64,000 nucleotides of DNA from an uncultured archaeon (GCA_964342815.1 CAYFHS010000012.1:56600-120599); one strand, 5' to 3'; counted from the stretch's first letter, positions 29,813 to 39,998 are shown. The notes: generated by a model not told the origin, from the letters alone. Made by a program: numbers and translations.

Positions 29813-32800
29813 ATGGTGGTCTGGAATATCAAAGAGAGTTCAATCCACATTCCTTGGTCCCACAAGACCTATTCCCTATTTGGTTTTGTAGTGGTCACAC
29901 TGCTTTTGCTGACCAGCATGGGGGTGATCATACCATATCATTTAAAATCCGCCTCAGAAAATAATATATTTCTTTTACAGACCATTAATAAATACAATGG
30001 AAAAGAAAGGGGTGCTGCTGGAATAATCAAAGGCCCGTATCTCCAGAACGTGACTGCCAACAGCATATACATAATGTGGGAGACCCAGGGAGAGGGAGAC
30101 AGTAAGGTGGAGTATGGTCTCACCTCTTCGTATGATCGATGGGTTCACCAGATTGATGCAAAGACGATCCATGAGGTCAATCTAACCGGGTTGAATTCGG
30201 GGGCGATCTACCACTATCGAGTAAGTTCTTCCGGTATTCTGAGCGATGATTATACATTCACCACAGCTCCGCATCCCGCAGAAACTTATACCTTTTTAGC
30301 ACTAGGTGATACCCGAACACTTCACAACCAGCACAGGGCGGTAGTGAATTCCATGAGACAAGAAGCAGCGGATTTCGTCATAAATACGGGTGATCTTGTG
30401 GAATCCGGGGAAGAACAAGAACAATGGGATACCTTCTTTAATATCTCAGATGGGATAATGCATTCTTGGGTATACTGGCCCGTCCTCGGTAACCATGAAC
30501 ATCACGGCGAACCGTATTTCAGATATTTTTCATTACCGGGGAACGAGTACTGGTATGCGTTCGACTACGGCAATCTTCGTTTTATCGCACTGGATTCGAC
30601 ACAGAATTGGAGGAAGGGAACCGACCAGTACAATTGGCTTATAACAGAACTTCAGAATGCTAGTATTGGACGCCGTTTCATAATTGTGGCTTTTCACCAT
30701 CCGATCTACAATACCGGAGTGGGACACGGTGAGAGTAATCCAACGGGCCCCGATGACGATTACTATGAAATGAGGGAAACGCTGGCCCCGCTTTTCGAGA
30801 CCTACGGGGTAGAACTTGTGCTCAATGGTCATGAGCATATATATGAGCACAATCTTGTGAACGATGTTCATTATGTGGTAACAGGAGGCGGTGGGGCGCC
30901 TTTGAGCCTGCCAGGATTCAGCAAGGAGTGGACCGTATCCAATGCAAGAGCATATCATTATATGCGAATAGAGATGAGTCCCTTCTCAGCCAAGGTGACC
31001 GCCCAAGGAATTGACGGTTCCGTTCTTGACAGTTTTGTTATTTCGATTCCCTTCTTCGATTTTCCTCCCGCCAACGTCACAGACCTGAATGCCGTAGATA
31101 CGCCTAATGACAACGGCGGAAGCATAACCTTGACCTGGAATTTGTCGGCAGATGATGGGGGGGGTTGGGACGATGTTTCCCACTATGCATTGGAGAGGGC
31201 CACTGGAGAATCCGGACCATGGTCTCTTATTGACATTCTACCTGCAGGCACACTTTCCTATATCGATACCACCACCGACGGTACAGAATACTTCTACCGT
31301 ATGATAACGAAGGATAGGAATAAAACCAATACTGGCCCGGTCGGTGGTCCCGCCAGATCCCTTGATAACGTTCCCCCGCACCCTCCATCTCTTCTCCATG
31401 GTTACGATACACCCGGAGACGATGGTTACTCACTGACGCTTGAATGGGTGCCATCTGCCGATGAGGAACATGGAGCCGGATCGGGCGATGTGATAAGATA
31501 TCTAATCGGCAGAGGGGTGATTCCCAGGCAAAGTACCAATATCACATCCAACGAAGATGCTTATGCAAATGTGACTGCAGGCGTTCACTCTTACACTGAT
31601 ACGAATGCGGATATGAATGTTTTTTATTATTACACTGTTTACGCTGATGACGGGACATTTCTTTCCGAACCATCCAATACCGAGGGACCGTTGAGATCAA
31701 GAAATGACAGGGCACCATATAAGCCCCACTCTCTAAAGGCAACAAATATAAAAGGGAACAGTGTGGACCTGACTTGGAACGCTGTGACCGATACGGACCT
31801 GGCTGCTTATGAAGTTTTCATTAGTCCAGATGTAATTTCCGCAGATTATAAAAAACGCAGCAACGGGGATTTTTTCTTTTTTAAATCCACATCTCCGGAG
31901 AATAATTCATGCATGATCACCGGTCTAGCGGATGATACGACTTACAAGTTCAAGGTTAGAGCATTGGATACTGTAAATAACACCTCCCCGTTCTCCAATA
32001 TGGTTGAAGTGAAAACACCGGATATTACGCCCCCTCCAGCCCCGAGAATGGATAATCTCGGAATAACAATCACCAATAATCCCCGTCTTACAGTAACAGG
32101 AGTGAGCATCGATGGTATGATGGTGACGGTCACGATAAATGGTGAGGAGCGAGATCAAATAGAGGTTGACCAAGAAGACGGGACCTTTGCAGCTTCACTG
32201 GTACTGGATGAGGGATTCAACGTCATAAGTTGCTTTGCAGTGGATGCCAGCGGTAATATCGGCCATTTATCCAATACAATAGAGATCACACTTGACACCA
32301 TTCCCCCTTCTGTCAGTAAAGTTACACCCAGGGATAATGAGGCATCCGCTCCTCTGGACTCCTATATCACCATTTTCTTCACGGAACCTGTTAGTATGAT
32401 TGGCATACCTCAACCGGATACCTATTGTAAAAATCACAATATTGAATTTATACCTTCCCTTTCTGGAAACGGGTCAATATTGACGCTGCCTCCAGGGAAT
32501 CTGCTCCGACCAGGAACGCTATATATGGTATCCCTTCAGAACTCGATTCGGGATACAGCAGGAAATCAGATGAAGGAACCCTATAGCTGGTCCTTTACAA
32601 CAACTGCTGAGCCATTATTTTCCGGTCCGGAAATTATTCATTCGATCCCTTCGTCACCATATGGGACAATAATCGGGGAAAAAGTGGAATTGGAAATAGC
32701 AGTTTATGATCCGGATACTCCCAACTCAAAACTATCAATAACGTGGTTCAAGAACGAAAAAGTAATTGCTGAAGTAGATAAAGATATTATGAAATTTGTT

Positions 32801-33253
32801 CTCGGGACAGAGAGAGAAAACCCGGGTTGTTCATACGAAATAAAAGTGGATGTTTCGGATGGAAGAAGCAAAATTTCCCATACTTGGATCATAATTCTTT
32901 TCTCGCCCGAAAGCGATATTGACCGCGACGGTATGGGAGATGCGTGGGAAACAAACAATGGGATGGACTGGACCGACCCGCTGGATGGTGGGCTGGATTA
33001 CGATGGTGATGGGATTAGCAATCTCGAAGAGTTCCTTGGAAAAAGCGACCCATTGAACTCATTATCAATCCCTACCGGTGAGGAGGATGAAGACTCGTCG
33101 GAAAGAAAGGCGAGCTTGTTTTCAAGTTTTTTATTTTGGCTGATTGGAATCATTTTTTTCCTGTTAATATTATTAGTTACATTTATCACTTATAGAAATA
33201 GGGCAAATAAAAATCGAATCAAAGAAGAAAACGACGATTTAGGATCAGGTTAA
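29813..33253 (+). CDS. Membrane-anchored purple acid phosphatase-like metallophosphoesterase with Fn3/Ig repeats and Ca-binding repeats
   Basis: GPYLQ Fn3-like N-domain; GDTR, TGDLV, GNHE, HHP, GHEH motifs; Fn3 repeats; DIDRDGMGDAWE/DYDGDGISNLEEF; C-terminal TM. Confidence 0.9.
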   Translation: MVVWNIKESSIHIPWSHKTYSLFGFVVVTLLLLTSMGVIIPYHLKSASENNIFLLQTINKYNGKERGAAGIIKGPYLQNVTANSIYIMWETQGEGDSKVEYGLTSSYDRWVHQIDAKTIHEVNLTGLNSGAIYHYRVSSSGILSDDYTFTTAPHPAETYTFLALGDTRTLHNQHRAVVNSMRQEAADFVINTGDLVESGEEQEQWDTFFNISDGIMHSWVYWPVLGNHEHHGEPYFRYFSLPGNEYWYAFDYGNLRFIALDSTQNWRKGTDQYNWLITELQNASIGRRFIIVAFHHPIYNTGVGHGESNPTGPDDDYYEMRETLAPLFETYGVELVLNGHEHIYEHNLVNDVHYVVTGGGGAPLSLPGFSKEWTVSNARAYHYMRIEMSPFSAKVTAQGIDGSVLDSFVISIPFFDFPPANVTDLNAVDTPNDNGGSITLTWNLSADDGGGWDDVSHYALERATGESGPWSLIDILPAGTLSYIDTTTDGTEYFYRMITKDRNKTNTGPVGGPARSLDNVPPHPPSLLHGYDTPGDDGYSLTLEWVPSADEEHGAGSGDVIRYLIGRGVIPRQSTNITSNEDAYANVTAGVHSYTDTNADMNVFYYYTVYADDGTFLSEPSNTEGPLRSRNDRAPYKPHSLKATNIKGNSVDLTWNAVTDTDLAAYEVFISPDVISADYKKRSNGDFFFFKSTSPENNSCMITGLADDTTYKFKVRALDTVNNTSPFSNMVEVKTPDITPPPAPRMDNLGITITNNPRLTVTGVSIDGMMVTVTINGEERDQIEVDQEDGTFAASLVLDEGFNVISCFAVDASGNIGHLSNTIEITLDTIPPSVSKVTPRDNEASAPLDSYITIFFTEPVSMIGIPQPDTYCKNHNIEFIPSLSGNGSILTLPPGNLLRPGTLYMVSLQNSIRDTAGNQMKEPYSWSFTTTAEPLFSGPEIIHSIPSSPYGTIIGEKVELEIAVYDPDTPNSKLSITWFKNEKVIAEVDKDIMKFVLGTERENPGCSYEIKVDVSDGRSKISHTWIIILFSPESDIDRDGMGDAWETNNGMDWTDPLDGGLDYDGDGISNLEEFLGKSDPLNSLSIPTGEEDEDSSERKASLFSSFLFWLIGIIFFLLILLVTFITYRNRANKNRIKEENDDLGSG

Positions 33254-33306
33254 GCACAATGCTAAGTCATTAATTCTAACCATCCCGTCAGTTAATATTA
33301 ATTAAC

Positions 33307-33990
33307 TCATTTCAATTCGTCTAAAAGTTCCATTACTTTCGTCTTGATGATATCAAAAGTTTTCCTGTATTCTTCTATGTCCTTCCCTTTAGGGTCCTCA
33401 ATGTCCCACATAATAAGCCTGGACTCTTTATTTGGTAAATTGTCTGCCAGGTCGTCACCCATTCCCAGCTGTTTTCTAATAAGGTCGAGGGAATCGTCGG
33501 GAGCATCATCCGAGAGAAGACATCCGAGATCACATCCGAAAGTTACAACCACGTCAGAATCGATCATTCTCGGGGCCTTCGTCGGCTTCCCCTCCCAATC
33601 AATTCCATTCTCCCGAAGCATATCCACCATGGTGGGATCGACCTTTTCCGCAGGATTGGTACCACCACTTTCGAAGATCAACCTTGAATTCGTATTCAAT
33701 TCAGTTGCCAATGCTTCCGCAATCTGGCTTCTCAATGAGTTCTCCCTGCACATGAAAAGCACCGTAAGTTTCTTCATTTTCCGATAAAGCTCTTCTCCGA
33801 CGCAGTCCTTGGCATATTTGCACCATTGAATGCAGTTCTGCAGGTCGTTGTATACGCTGAAACCGCATTTATCACATTGGATCACAGTATCTATTGAGAA
33901 GAGTTCCACGTCGGACCCGCATTCCGGACATTTTTTTATCTTCAACGTCGGTGTTTTCACATTGAAGGTACCTGGGCATCCCATTACCAT
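33307..33990 (-). CDS. arsC: ArsC/LMW-PTP family reductase with an N-terminal Cys-rich Zn-ribbon domain
   Basis: CX5R loop CRENSLR-SQ.AE, SGGT.PA, WDIEDP; N-terminal CPG...CPEC...CDKC...CIQWC...C. ATG 33990 follows GGTGAG. Confidence 0.78.
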   Translation of the reverse strand: MVMGCPGTFNVKTPTLKIKKCPECGSDVELFSIDTVIQCDKCGFSVYNDLQNCIQWCKYAKDCVGEELYRKMKKLTVLFMCRENSLRSQIAEALATELNTNSRLIFESGGTNPAEKVDPTMVDMLRENGIDWEGKPTKAPRMIDSDVVVTFGCDLGCLLSDDAPDDSLDLIRKQLGMGDDLADNLPNKESRLIMWDIEDPKGKDIEEYRKTFDIIKTKVMELLDELK

Positions 33991-34001
33991 TTTTCTCACC
34001 T

Positions 34002-35624
34002 TTACCTTTCTTTCTTAATCCAATAGGGATGGGAAATATCCTCGAATGCGGCAATGGCAGCAGTCGATCCTTCACCCACCGCAGTTACGATCTGACGTAC
34101 TCCTCCGGTAACATCCCCAGCAGCATATATTCGGGGTATGTTCGTTCTGCATTTTCGGTCAACTTCGATGTAACCGGACCCGTCGAGCTTCACCCCGATC
34201 TCCCCGGCAATCCTGGAATTTGGAATTTCCCCGATGGCCACGAATATTCCCTCCACCTTAAGGTTCTTCACATCACCCGTTACAACGTTTTCGAGTTTCA
34301 CTCCCACCAATTCTTCATCTTTGCCCACAATTTTTGTCACTATAGAATTCCATTTTACATGCATGCCTTCTCTCACAACCGCCTCCTGAAGATACGCTTC
34401 GCCTCTGAACTCATCCCGACGGTGAACAATTGTTACCTTGGCACCAAGGTTCTTAAGATATAGTGCATCAGTCAGGGCGTTATTCCCACCGCCAACAATG
34501 ATCACTTTCTTTTCCTTGTAGAGATATCCGTCGCAGGTTGCGCAATAGCTGACGCCGTGCCCGGAGAACCTTGCTTCACCCGGTACGTCAAGTTTCTTGT
34601 GCGACGCCCCAGTTGCTATAATGAGTGCTTTTCCCACGTAATTATTCCGGTTCGTAATTGCCTCGATATTTCGGCCCACCTTGATCTCGCGAACCCCTTC
34701 CCCCTGACGAATATGTGTATAATTACCTGCCTGTGCGCTTATTATATCCATTAATTTCTTTCCAGGAATATTTGCATAACCCGGATAATTCTCCACAACC
34801 GGAGTGACCGAAACCTGTCCTCCGATGGTCGCTTCTTCCAGAACAACGGTACGCAGCCCGCTTCGCTCCCCGTAGATCGCAGCGGTAAGTCCTGCAGGAC
34901 CCGCACCCGCGATGATCAGGTCAACCTTTACTATCTCTCCCCTCACGTCCGGCTCAAACTCTTCAGCTGGTTCCAAACTCAGTAGTTCTGCCATGAATCT
35001 CTCTTCAGGCTCCAATCCCCTGCTCACAGTAATATCGTTTATAATTGTATGAGGAACCGAGCCAACCTTGTAATTTTTAGCGAGGTCTGGGTTCTCAGTA
35101 GATTCCACACATTCGGCCGAAATGAACTCCGGTCTCTCAATGGCGGCTCTGAAAGCGTTCAATACCTGGCCGGGACAGTATGGGCACCCGGGGGTGACAT
35201 AGACCTGAACATGCCGTTTCTCTGTAATCTCGTCCAAGATCTTGCGGGAATCATCAGATAGACCGCTTTTTCCTTTCGAGATCAGCATAATGGTCTCGAT
35301 GAAAGAGCGCCCTTCCTCGCCCACCGGGGCCCCCGTATAACGTATATTGTATTCCTCGGGATTGATCAGAACGGTAGGCGACCGCGTAACCTTGTATTTT
35401 ACGGATTTTTTATTTCCTAGAATATTTACCCTCGCTTCGATCTTCTCACTAAGCCTAGCAAGATCATTGACAAACATCATCGTCAGAATATTGTAGGGAT
35501 TCTCCGTACCCTCGTCCACAAAGACTTCGAGAATCACCTTACGGTCCAGCTCCCCGAACCTCTCCAGTAACATTTCCCTGCTTTCCTCCGGGATAAACCA
35601 ATTATTCTGTTTATCATCGGTCAT
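34002..35624 (-). CDS. trxB: Thioredoxin reductase fused to an N-terminal protein-disulfide-oxidoreductase (PDO/AhpF-NTD-like) domain
   Basis: CPYC in the second Trx fold, IAGAGPAG, GVSYCATCDG, GGGNNA, IYAAGD. Confidence 0.9.
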   Translation of the reverse strand: MTDDKQNNWFIPEESREMLLERFGELDRKVILEVFVDEGTENPYNILTMMFVNDLARLSEKIEARVNILGNKKSVKYKVTRSPTVLINPEEYNIRYTGAPVGEEGRSFIETIMLISKGKSGLSDDSRKILDEITEKRHVQVYVTPGCPYCPGQVLNAFRAAIERPEFISAECVESTENPDLAKNYKVGSVPHTIINDITVSRGLEPEERFMAELLSLEPAEEFEPDVRGEIVKVDLIIAGAGPAGLTAAIYGERSGLRTVVLEEATIGGQVSVTPVVENYPGYANIPGKKLMDIISAQAGNYTHIRQGEGVREIKVGRNIEAITNRNNYVGKALIIATGASHKKLDVPGEARFSGHGVSYCATCDGYLYKEKKVIIVGGGNNALTDALYLKNLGAKVTIVHRRDEFRGEAYLQEAVVREGMHVKWNSIVTKIVGKDEELVGVKLENVVTGDVKNLKVEGIFVAIGEIPNSRIAGEIGVKLDGSGYIEVDRKCRTNIPRIYAAGDVTGGVRQIVTAVGEGSTAAIAAFEDISHPYWIKKER

Positions 35625-35694
35625 CCGACTCACCTTTTTTTTAGCTTATAACCTATTAATCCTGTCCCAAAAGTCGACACGAAAAAACCGAGAA

Positions 35695-36234
35695 CTAACC
35701 AAAACTGAACTGTTGGAATCGATCGGCCTTCACCTTGCATATGGGACAGATGGGAGGAGGATATTCCCTGGCACATAGATAACCGCATACCTCACATCGC
35801 CATACTTTTATTGAAGTTTTCTTTCGGTCAACCGGGACTGCATCACTTTCCAATAAAGGCGTTTCCCGCACGGAATCATCCCCGTCACATTCATAGTCAT
35901 TGGCAGCTTTCTGAACCTCTGGGGGTCGCCGTTCAGGGATCGGTCCCATGAGTGAAGGATCGTCGGTAATTTCTTTCGAGACAAAAAGCGCGCAGTAACA
36001 CATCCCGAACTCGTCGACATCTGCATCACGGTACTCACAGGGGCACATGATATCCCCGTCATAGATCTTGCTGCCCACTGCCACCCTGCAAGGACAGGAA
36101 CCGTAACCGTAGCGCTCCTCGTTCGTCGAGAGACCATCAATCAGATCATCGAGAAGCTCCTTGTCCGGGCAAAGAAAATAACCGTTATTGGCAGCATTTT
36201 TCTTCATACGCGAGAGGACATTGGCAGTACTCAT
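35695..36234 (-). CDS. Ferredoxin:thioredoxin (disulfide) reductase catalytic subunit with a C-terminal rubredoxin-like domain
   Basis: CPCR, CPC, CYC cluster motifs; WRCEVCGY...CPICK. Confidence 0.9.
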   Translation of the reverse strand: MSTANVLSRMKKNAANNGYFLCPDKELLDDLIDGLSTNEERYGYGSCPCRVAVGSKIYDGDIMCPCEYRDADVDEFGMCYCALFVSKEITDDPSLMGPIPERRPPEVQKAANDYECDGDDSVRETPLLESDAVPVDRKKTSIKVWRCEVCGYLCAREYPPPICPICKVKADRFQQFSFG

Positions 36235-36521
36235 TTAACAAGCACCTCACGGATCCGGTCTTCTTTGAATCCCACGATTACTTCTGTGCCGTTGTCCACA
36301 ACCAAAGTGGGAAAACTCCTCCGCGGATTATGTTTTCTGGCCTCTTCCATGACCTTCTTCTTCTCATCACCGTGAAGAAGGTCCACATCAACATACTCGT
36401 ATTCGATATTGAGAGCCTGCAGCAGTCTTTTCAGCTTTTTGCACCAGCCACAGGTGCTGAGAGTATAGATCGAAACGTGATGTTCACAATTCTTTCCCGG
36501 GACATTTTTCATACATTTCAT
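36231..36521 (-). CDS. Glutaredoxin/NrdH-like redoxin
   Basis: YTLSTCGWC, SFPTLVV, IVGF. Start ATG 36521 (or 36512) lies just after the iscU stop; ATGA overlap with FTR. Confidence 0.88.
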   Translation of the reverse strand: MKCMKNVPGKNCEHHVSIYTLSTCGWCKKLKRLLQALNIEYEYVDVDLLHGDEKKKVMEEARKHNPRRSFPTLVVDNGTEVIVGFKEDRIREVLVK

Positions 36522-36522
36522 T

Positions 36523-36963
36523 TCACTCACACTCCATATCATAGGTTTCGGGGATCGAGCTGGATATATCCGAACCGTCCCCCTCCCCATTCTTCTCTTT
36601 GAAGTTCTTTATCGCTGCGTGCAGAGCGTCTGCTGCCAAGTTAGAACAGTGCATTTTCAAGGGAGGCAGGCCGTCAAGCTCGTTGGCAACATCATTGCGT
36701 GTGATTTTCAATGCCTCGTCCACATTCATTCCGGTGGCCAATTCAGTAACCATACTGCTAGTAGCAATGGCTGATCCGCATCCAAAGGTTCTGAACTTAA
36801 TATCGGTGATTATTTCGTCCTCCACCTTGATGAATATCTCCATGACGTCTCCGCAAACGGGATTGCCAACCTTCCCGTAACCGTCATTGTCCTCGATGAC
36901 CCCCACGTTTCTCGGGTTCATGAAATGGTCCATGACCTTCTTGGTGTATCCTACTTGTGCCAT
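36523..36963 (-). CDS. iscU: Fe-S cluster scaffold IscU/NifU
   Basis: DHFMNPRNVG, GNPVCGD, FGCGSAIA, KMHCSNL. Confidence 0.95.
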   Translation of the reverse strand: MAQVGYTKKVMDHFMNPRNVGVIEDNDGYGKVGNPVCGDVMEIFIKVEDEIITDIKFRTFGCGSAIATSSMVTELATGMNVDEALKITRNDVANELDGLPPLKMHCSNLAADALHAAIKNFKEKNGEGDGSDISSSIPETYDMECE

Positions 36964-36990
36964 ATCTTTTCACCTCCATATTATTTATCA

Positions 36991-38142
36991 TTACAACGGT
37001 GACAACATTCTGAGTCTATTTACAGTATTCTTTGACGCTTCCACCACCCGCAGTACTTCATCCATCGTATTTCCACGCCCCAACGTCAAGACCATGGAGC
37101 CATGGGCTTCCTCGTGCTTCAGCCCGATGGCCAGTAGAACATGGGAGGGCTCGAGAGTCTTCGAGGAGCATGCCGAACCTGTGGAAACTGGTATACCGTA
37201 CATGTCCATTGACAGCAAGATGCTTTCGCCCTCGATCCTGCTGAAGCGGAAACTTGCATGATTCGGTAGACGCTTTGAGGGATGCCCCGTGAGATACGAC
37301 TCATCTATTTTTAATATTCCCTTTATCAGTTCGTCCCTAATAAGGGTCAACCGACGGCTTTCCGCATTCATTTCACTTTTCACGATACGTGCAGCTTCGC
37401 CCATACCGGCTATTGCGAATAGGTTCTCCGTGCCTGATCGAATCCCACGCTCCTGCCCCCCGCCCGGTAGTATGGATTGGATCTTCACCCCTGGTTTAAC
37501 ATACAGGGCACCGGCGCCCGGGGGACCATAGATATCGTTCGAGGAGATGGTGAGAAGATCTATCCCGTCATCTTGCACATCCACGGGTATTCGTCCCACG
37601 GCAGCAGTTGCATCCACATGCAGGTAAGAGCCTTTCTCATGAACGATCTCGCTTATTTCCTTTATGGGTTCTATGGTACCGATCTCGTTGTTCGCATACA
37701 TTATGGAGGTCAAAACGGTTTCCTCGCTCAAAGTATTTCTAAGTGATTTGATATCCAAGATACCGGTAGAATCCACAGGGATCAATTTCAATTCATATCC
37801 ATTCTTCTGAAGCTCTTTCATGGGATTGAGGACTGACATGTGATCAATTGCACTTGCAGCAAGCTTCTTTCCCTTTACCGGATTCCGAAGAGCCGTTCCC
37901 TTGATAGCCAGGTTATTGGCTTCGGTTGCACCGGAAGTAAATATGATACATTTTTCACTTTCGGCATTGATTAGCTCGGCGATACTCGCCCTGGCTTCTT
38001 CCAGCTCCCTTCGCGCCTCGAGACCTGATGAATGAAGCGAAGAGGGATTGCCGAAATCGATCATTAAAAAGCGTTTCGCATATTCAAGTACCCGGGGGTC
38101 CACCGGCATGGATGATGCATGATCCAGATATATACGTTCCAT
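36991..38142 (-). CDS. iscS: Cysteine desulfurase (IscS/NifS type)
   Basis: IYLDHAS, FTSGATE, HVDA, RSGTEN, STGSACSS. Start reassigned to ATG 38142. Confidence 0.93.
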   Translation of the reverse strand: MERIYLDHASSMPVDPRVLEYAKRFLMIDFGNPSSLHSSGLEARRELEEARASIAELINAESEKCIIFTSGATEANNLAIKGTALRNPVKGKKLAASAIDHMSVLNPMKELQKNGYELKLIPVDSTGILDIKSLRNTLSEETVLTSIMYANNEIGTIEPIKEISEIVHEKGSYLHVDATAAVGRIPVDVQDDGIDLLTISSNDIYGPPGAGALYVKPGVKIQSILPGGGQERGIRSGTENLFAIAGMGEAARIVKSEMNAESRRLTLIRDELIKGILKIDESYLTGHPSKRLPNHASFRFSRIEGESILLSMDMYGIPVSTGSACSSKTLEPSHVLLAIGLKHEEAHGSMVLTLGRGNTMDEVLRVVEASKNTVNRLRMLSPL

Positions 38143-38152
38143 AGGCTCATCT

Positions 38153-38521
38153 CTAAAACCACATTGTTGCACCGGCATCGAGGGACAGGTCGTTCAAGGT
38201 ACCGGCTCCCACGATTTTAACTCCGGGGATAAATTCCACCTTATCAAGTCCCAGCATCTGCTTTGATGCCTCGCATACATATATCGTTATTCCCATTTCG
38301 AGGGTTTTTTGAATCATCTCCGCAACACTTGGAAATGATCCGAGTTTTATCTTCTCGGCTTCGCCTGGCATCAATAATTTGAGGCCAGTACCGAGATAAT
38401 AGACTTCCGCTTTTATATCCATCATCTTTGCAGTCTGCGCCAACACCAGCGGCGAATACTGTTTTTCAGGATTGTCGGTGGTCTGCACATACAGAATATA
38501 GTTCTCATCTTTCATATTCAT
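38153..38521 (-). CDS. DsrE/F-like family protein
   Basis: YVQTT..PEK.YSPLVLAQTA, YYLGTG, IYVCEAS, GAGTL. Confidence 0.8.
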   Translation of the reverse strand: MNMKDENYILYVQTTDNPEKQYSPLVLAQTAKMMDIKAEVYYLGTGLKLLMPGEAEKIKLGSFPSVAEMIQKTLEMGITIYVCEASKQMLGLDKVEFIPGVKIVGAGTLNDLSLDAGATMWF

Positions 38522-38578
38522 ATACCTCCCATATACTTTCCTTCTTTCAAATTAAGAAATATAACAGCAGTATCCACG

Positions 38579-38821
38579 TCATTTCATTCGTCTGATAAAA
38601 AAGGTCATTATTGATCCTTCTTTTTCAAATTTCAGCACATCGTGACCGGTTCTTTTGGCCCATCGTTTGATATCCTCTTCCGCAGCTGGATCGTCGGCTT
38701 CAATTTTCAATACTTGACCCACCTCTATCTTGTCTATTCCCTCCTTAGTCATTGAGATGGGCATAGGACAGTAAAAACCCACGCAGTCCAATTCCGCGTC
38801 AATTGCGATATCCGATGACAT
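38579..38821 (-). CDS. tusA: TusA/SirA family sulfur carrier
   Basis: LDCVGFYCPMP, ADDP...DI..WA...GH. Start reassigned to ATG 38821 after GGAGG. Confidence 0.9.
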   Translation of the reverse strand: MSSDIAIDAELDCVGFYCPMPISMTKEGIDKIEVGQVLKIEADDPAAEEDIKRWAKRTGHDVLKFEKEGSIMTFFIRRMK

Positions 38822-38882
38822 TTTCAATTCCTCCAATTGCTTTTCGTACATTGCCCTGGCTATTTCGATTAATCTAGGTGGC

Positions 38883-38899
38883 AGACCTGTGTCAGGTCT
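38883..38899. promoter_or_regulatory. 7-3-7 palindrome upstream of tusA, candidate operator or hairpin
   Basis: AGACCTG-TGT-CAGGTCT, immediately downstream of an AT-rich TTTCATAAAT on the minus strand. Confidence 0.4.
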
Positions 38900-38916
38900 A
38901 TTTATGAAAGAGAGAA

Positions 38917-39372
38917 TCAATTCTCGGTCAGGATCTGTTCATCATATTCTATCTCAAAGCGCAGCTTGTGTTTTGCTTCTTCCTGGGCAAGGTCAAGAAA
39001 CAGAGTGGACAGGCTCTCATCATCCATTGCGGTTGCTAGATCGGAATACATCTTGAATGCCGCTTTTTCTTTCTTCATTGCAACGATAAGAGCTTCCTGA
39101 TAATCCATCCCGGGATATGGTTCAATATCAACTAGGTAATCACCAATTTTCAAGTCCGGGACCTTTTTCCCCCCGGTCTTTCCGATGGTTCCGGTCTTTA
39201 TCCCAATTAACTTCTTTTTGTGGCCAAGCTCCTCACGGGCGAAATCCTCGAAGACCTTTCGCATGGACGGACGCTCCATATTTTGAGCAAGATCCATGTA
39301 GAATCCATGAGCTTCCTCTTCACCCTTGATAGCAAAATCGAGTATGTCATCCACCGAGTCAAAGTTGATCAT
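38917..39372 (-). CDS. Ferritin-like (rubrerythrin di-iron domain only) protein
   Basis: AIKGEEEAHGFY...EELGHK and AMKKEKAAFKMY...EEAKHK duplicated ExxH motifs. ATG 39372 follows AGGAGG. Confidence 0.88.
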   Translation of the reverse strand: MINFDSVDDILDFAIKGEEEAHGFYMDLAQNMERPSMRKVFEDFAREELGHKKKLIGIKTGTIGKTGGKKVPDLKIGDYLVDIEPYPGMDYQEALIVAMKKEKAAFKMYSDLATAMDDESLSTLFLDLAQEEAKHKLRFEIEYDEQILTEN

Positions 39373-39401
39373 GGTTTTTTCCTCCTGCATTGATAATTGT
39401 A

Positions 39402-39977
39402 TTACCAGTTTTCTGCGGCGACCTCAAAATACTTTTGAGGGTGATCGCAAGCGGGACATTTCGGAGGTGCATTTGTTCCCTCGAAAACATATCCGCAATT
39501 GAGACAACGCCATACAACGGGTTTTTCTTTTACGAAAGCTGTACCGTTCCGTACATTCTCGAGGAGTCCCCGATACCTTTTCTCATGTTGTTTCTCGGCA
39601 ACCGCTATGGACTCGAAAGTGGAAGCGATCTCGTCGAAACCCTCGTCCCATGCAATTTCGGCAAAACCAGGATACATCTCTGTCCACTCGTAATTCTCAC
39701 CTGCTGCTGAATTTGTTAAATTTTCCGCAGTGCCCTCGATCATACCTGCAGGGAAAGCCCCGCTGATCTCCACCTCGCCGCCCTCGAGGAATTTGAACAA
39801 CCTCTTTGCGTGTTCCCTTTCCTGATTGGCGGTCTCATCGAATATCTGTGAAATCTGTACAAATCCCTCTTTCTTTGCCTTGGCACTGTAGTATGTATAG
39901 CGGTTTCGGGCTTGGGATTCTCCAGCGAATGCCGTTAATAAATTCTTTTCCGTTTGTGTTCCTTTCAAACTCTTCAT
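39402..39977 (-). CDS. rbr: Rubrerythrin
   Basis: [34 protein letters not shown]-terminal CLNCGY...CPAC. Confidence 0.96.
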   Translation of the reverse strand: MKSLKGTQTEKNLLTAFAGESQARNRYTYYSAKAKKEGFVQISQIFDETANQEREHAKRLFKFLEGGEVEISGAFPAGMIEGTAENLTNSAAGENYEWTEMYPGFAEIAWDEGFDEIASTFESIAVAEKQHEKRYRGLLENVRNGTAFVKEKPVVWRCLNCGYVFEGTNAPPKCPACDHPQKYFEVAAENW

Positions 39978-39998
39978 TTAATTCCTCCGTATTTTCCA

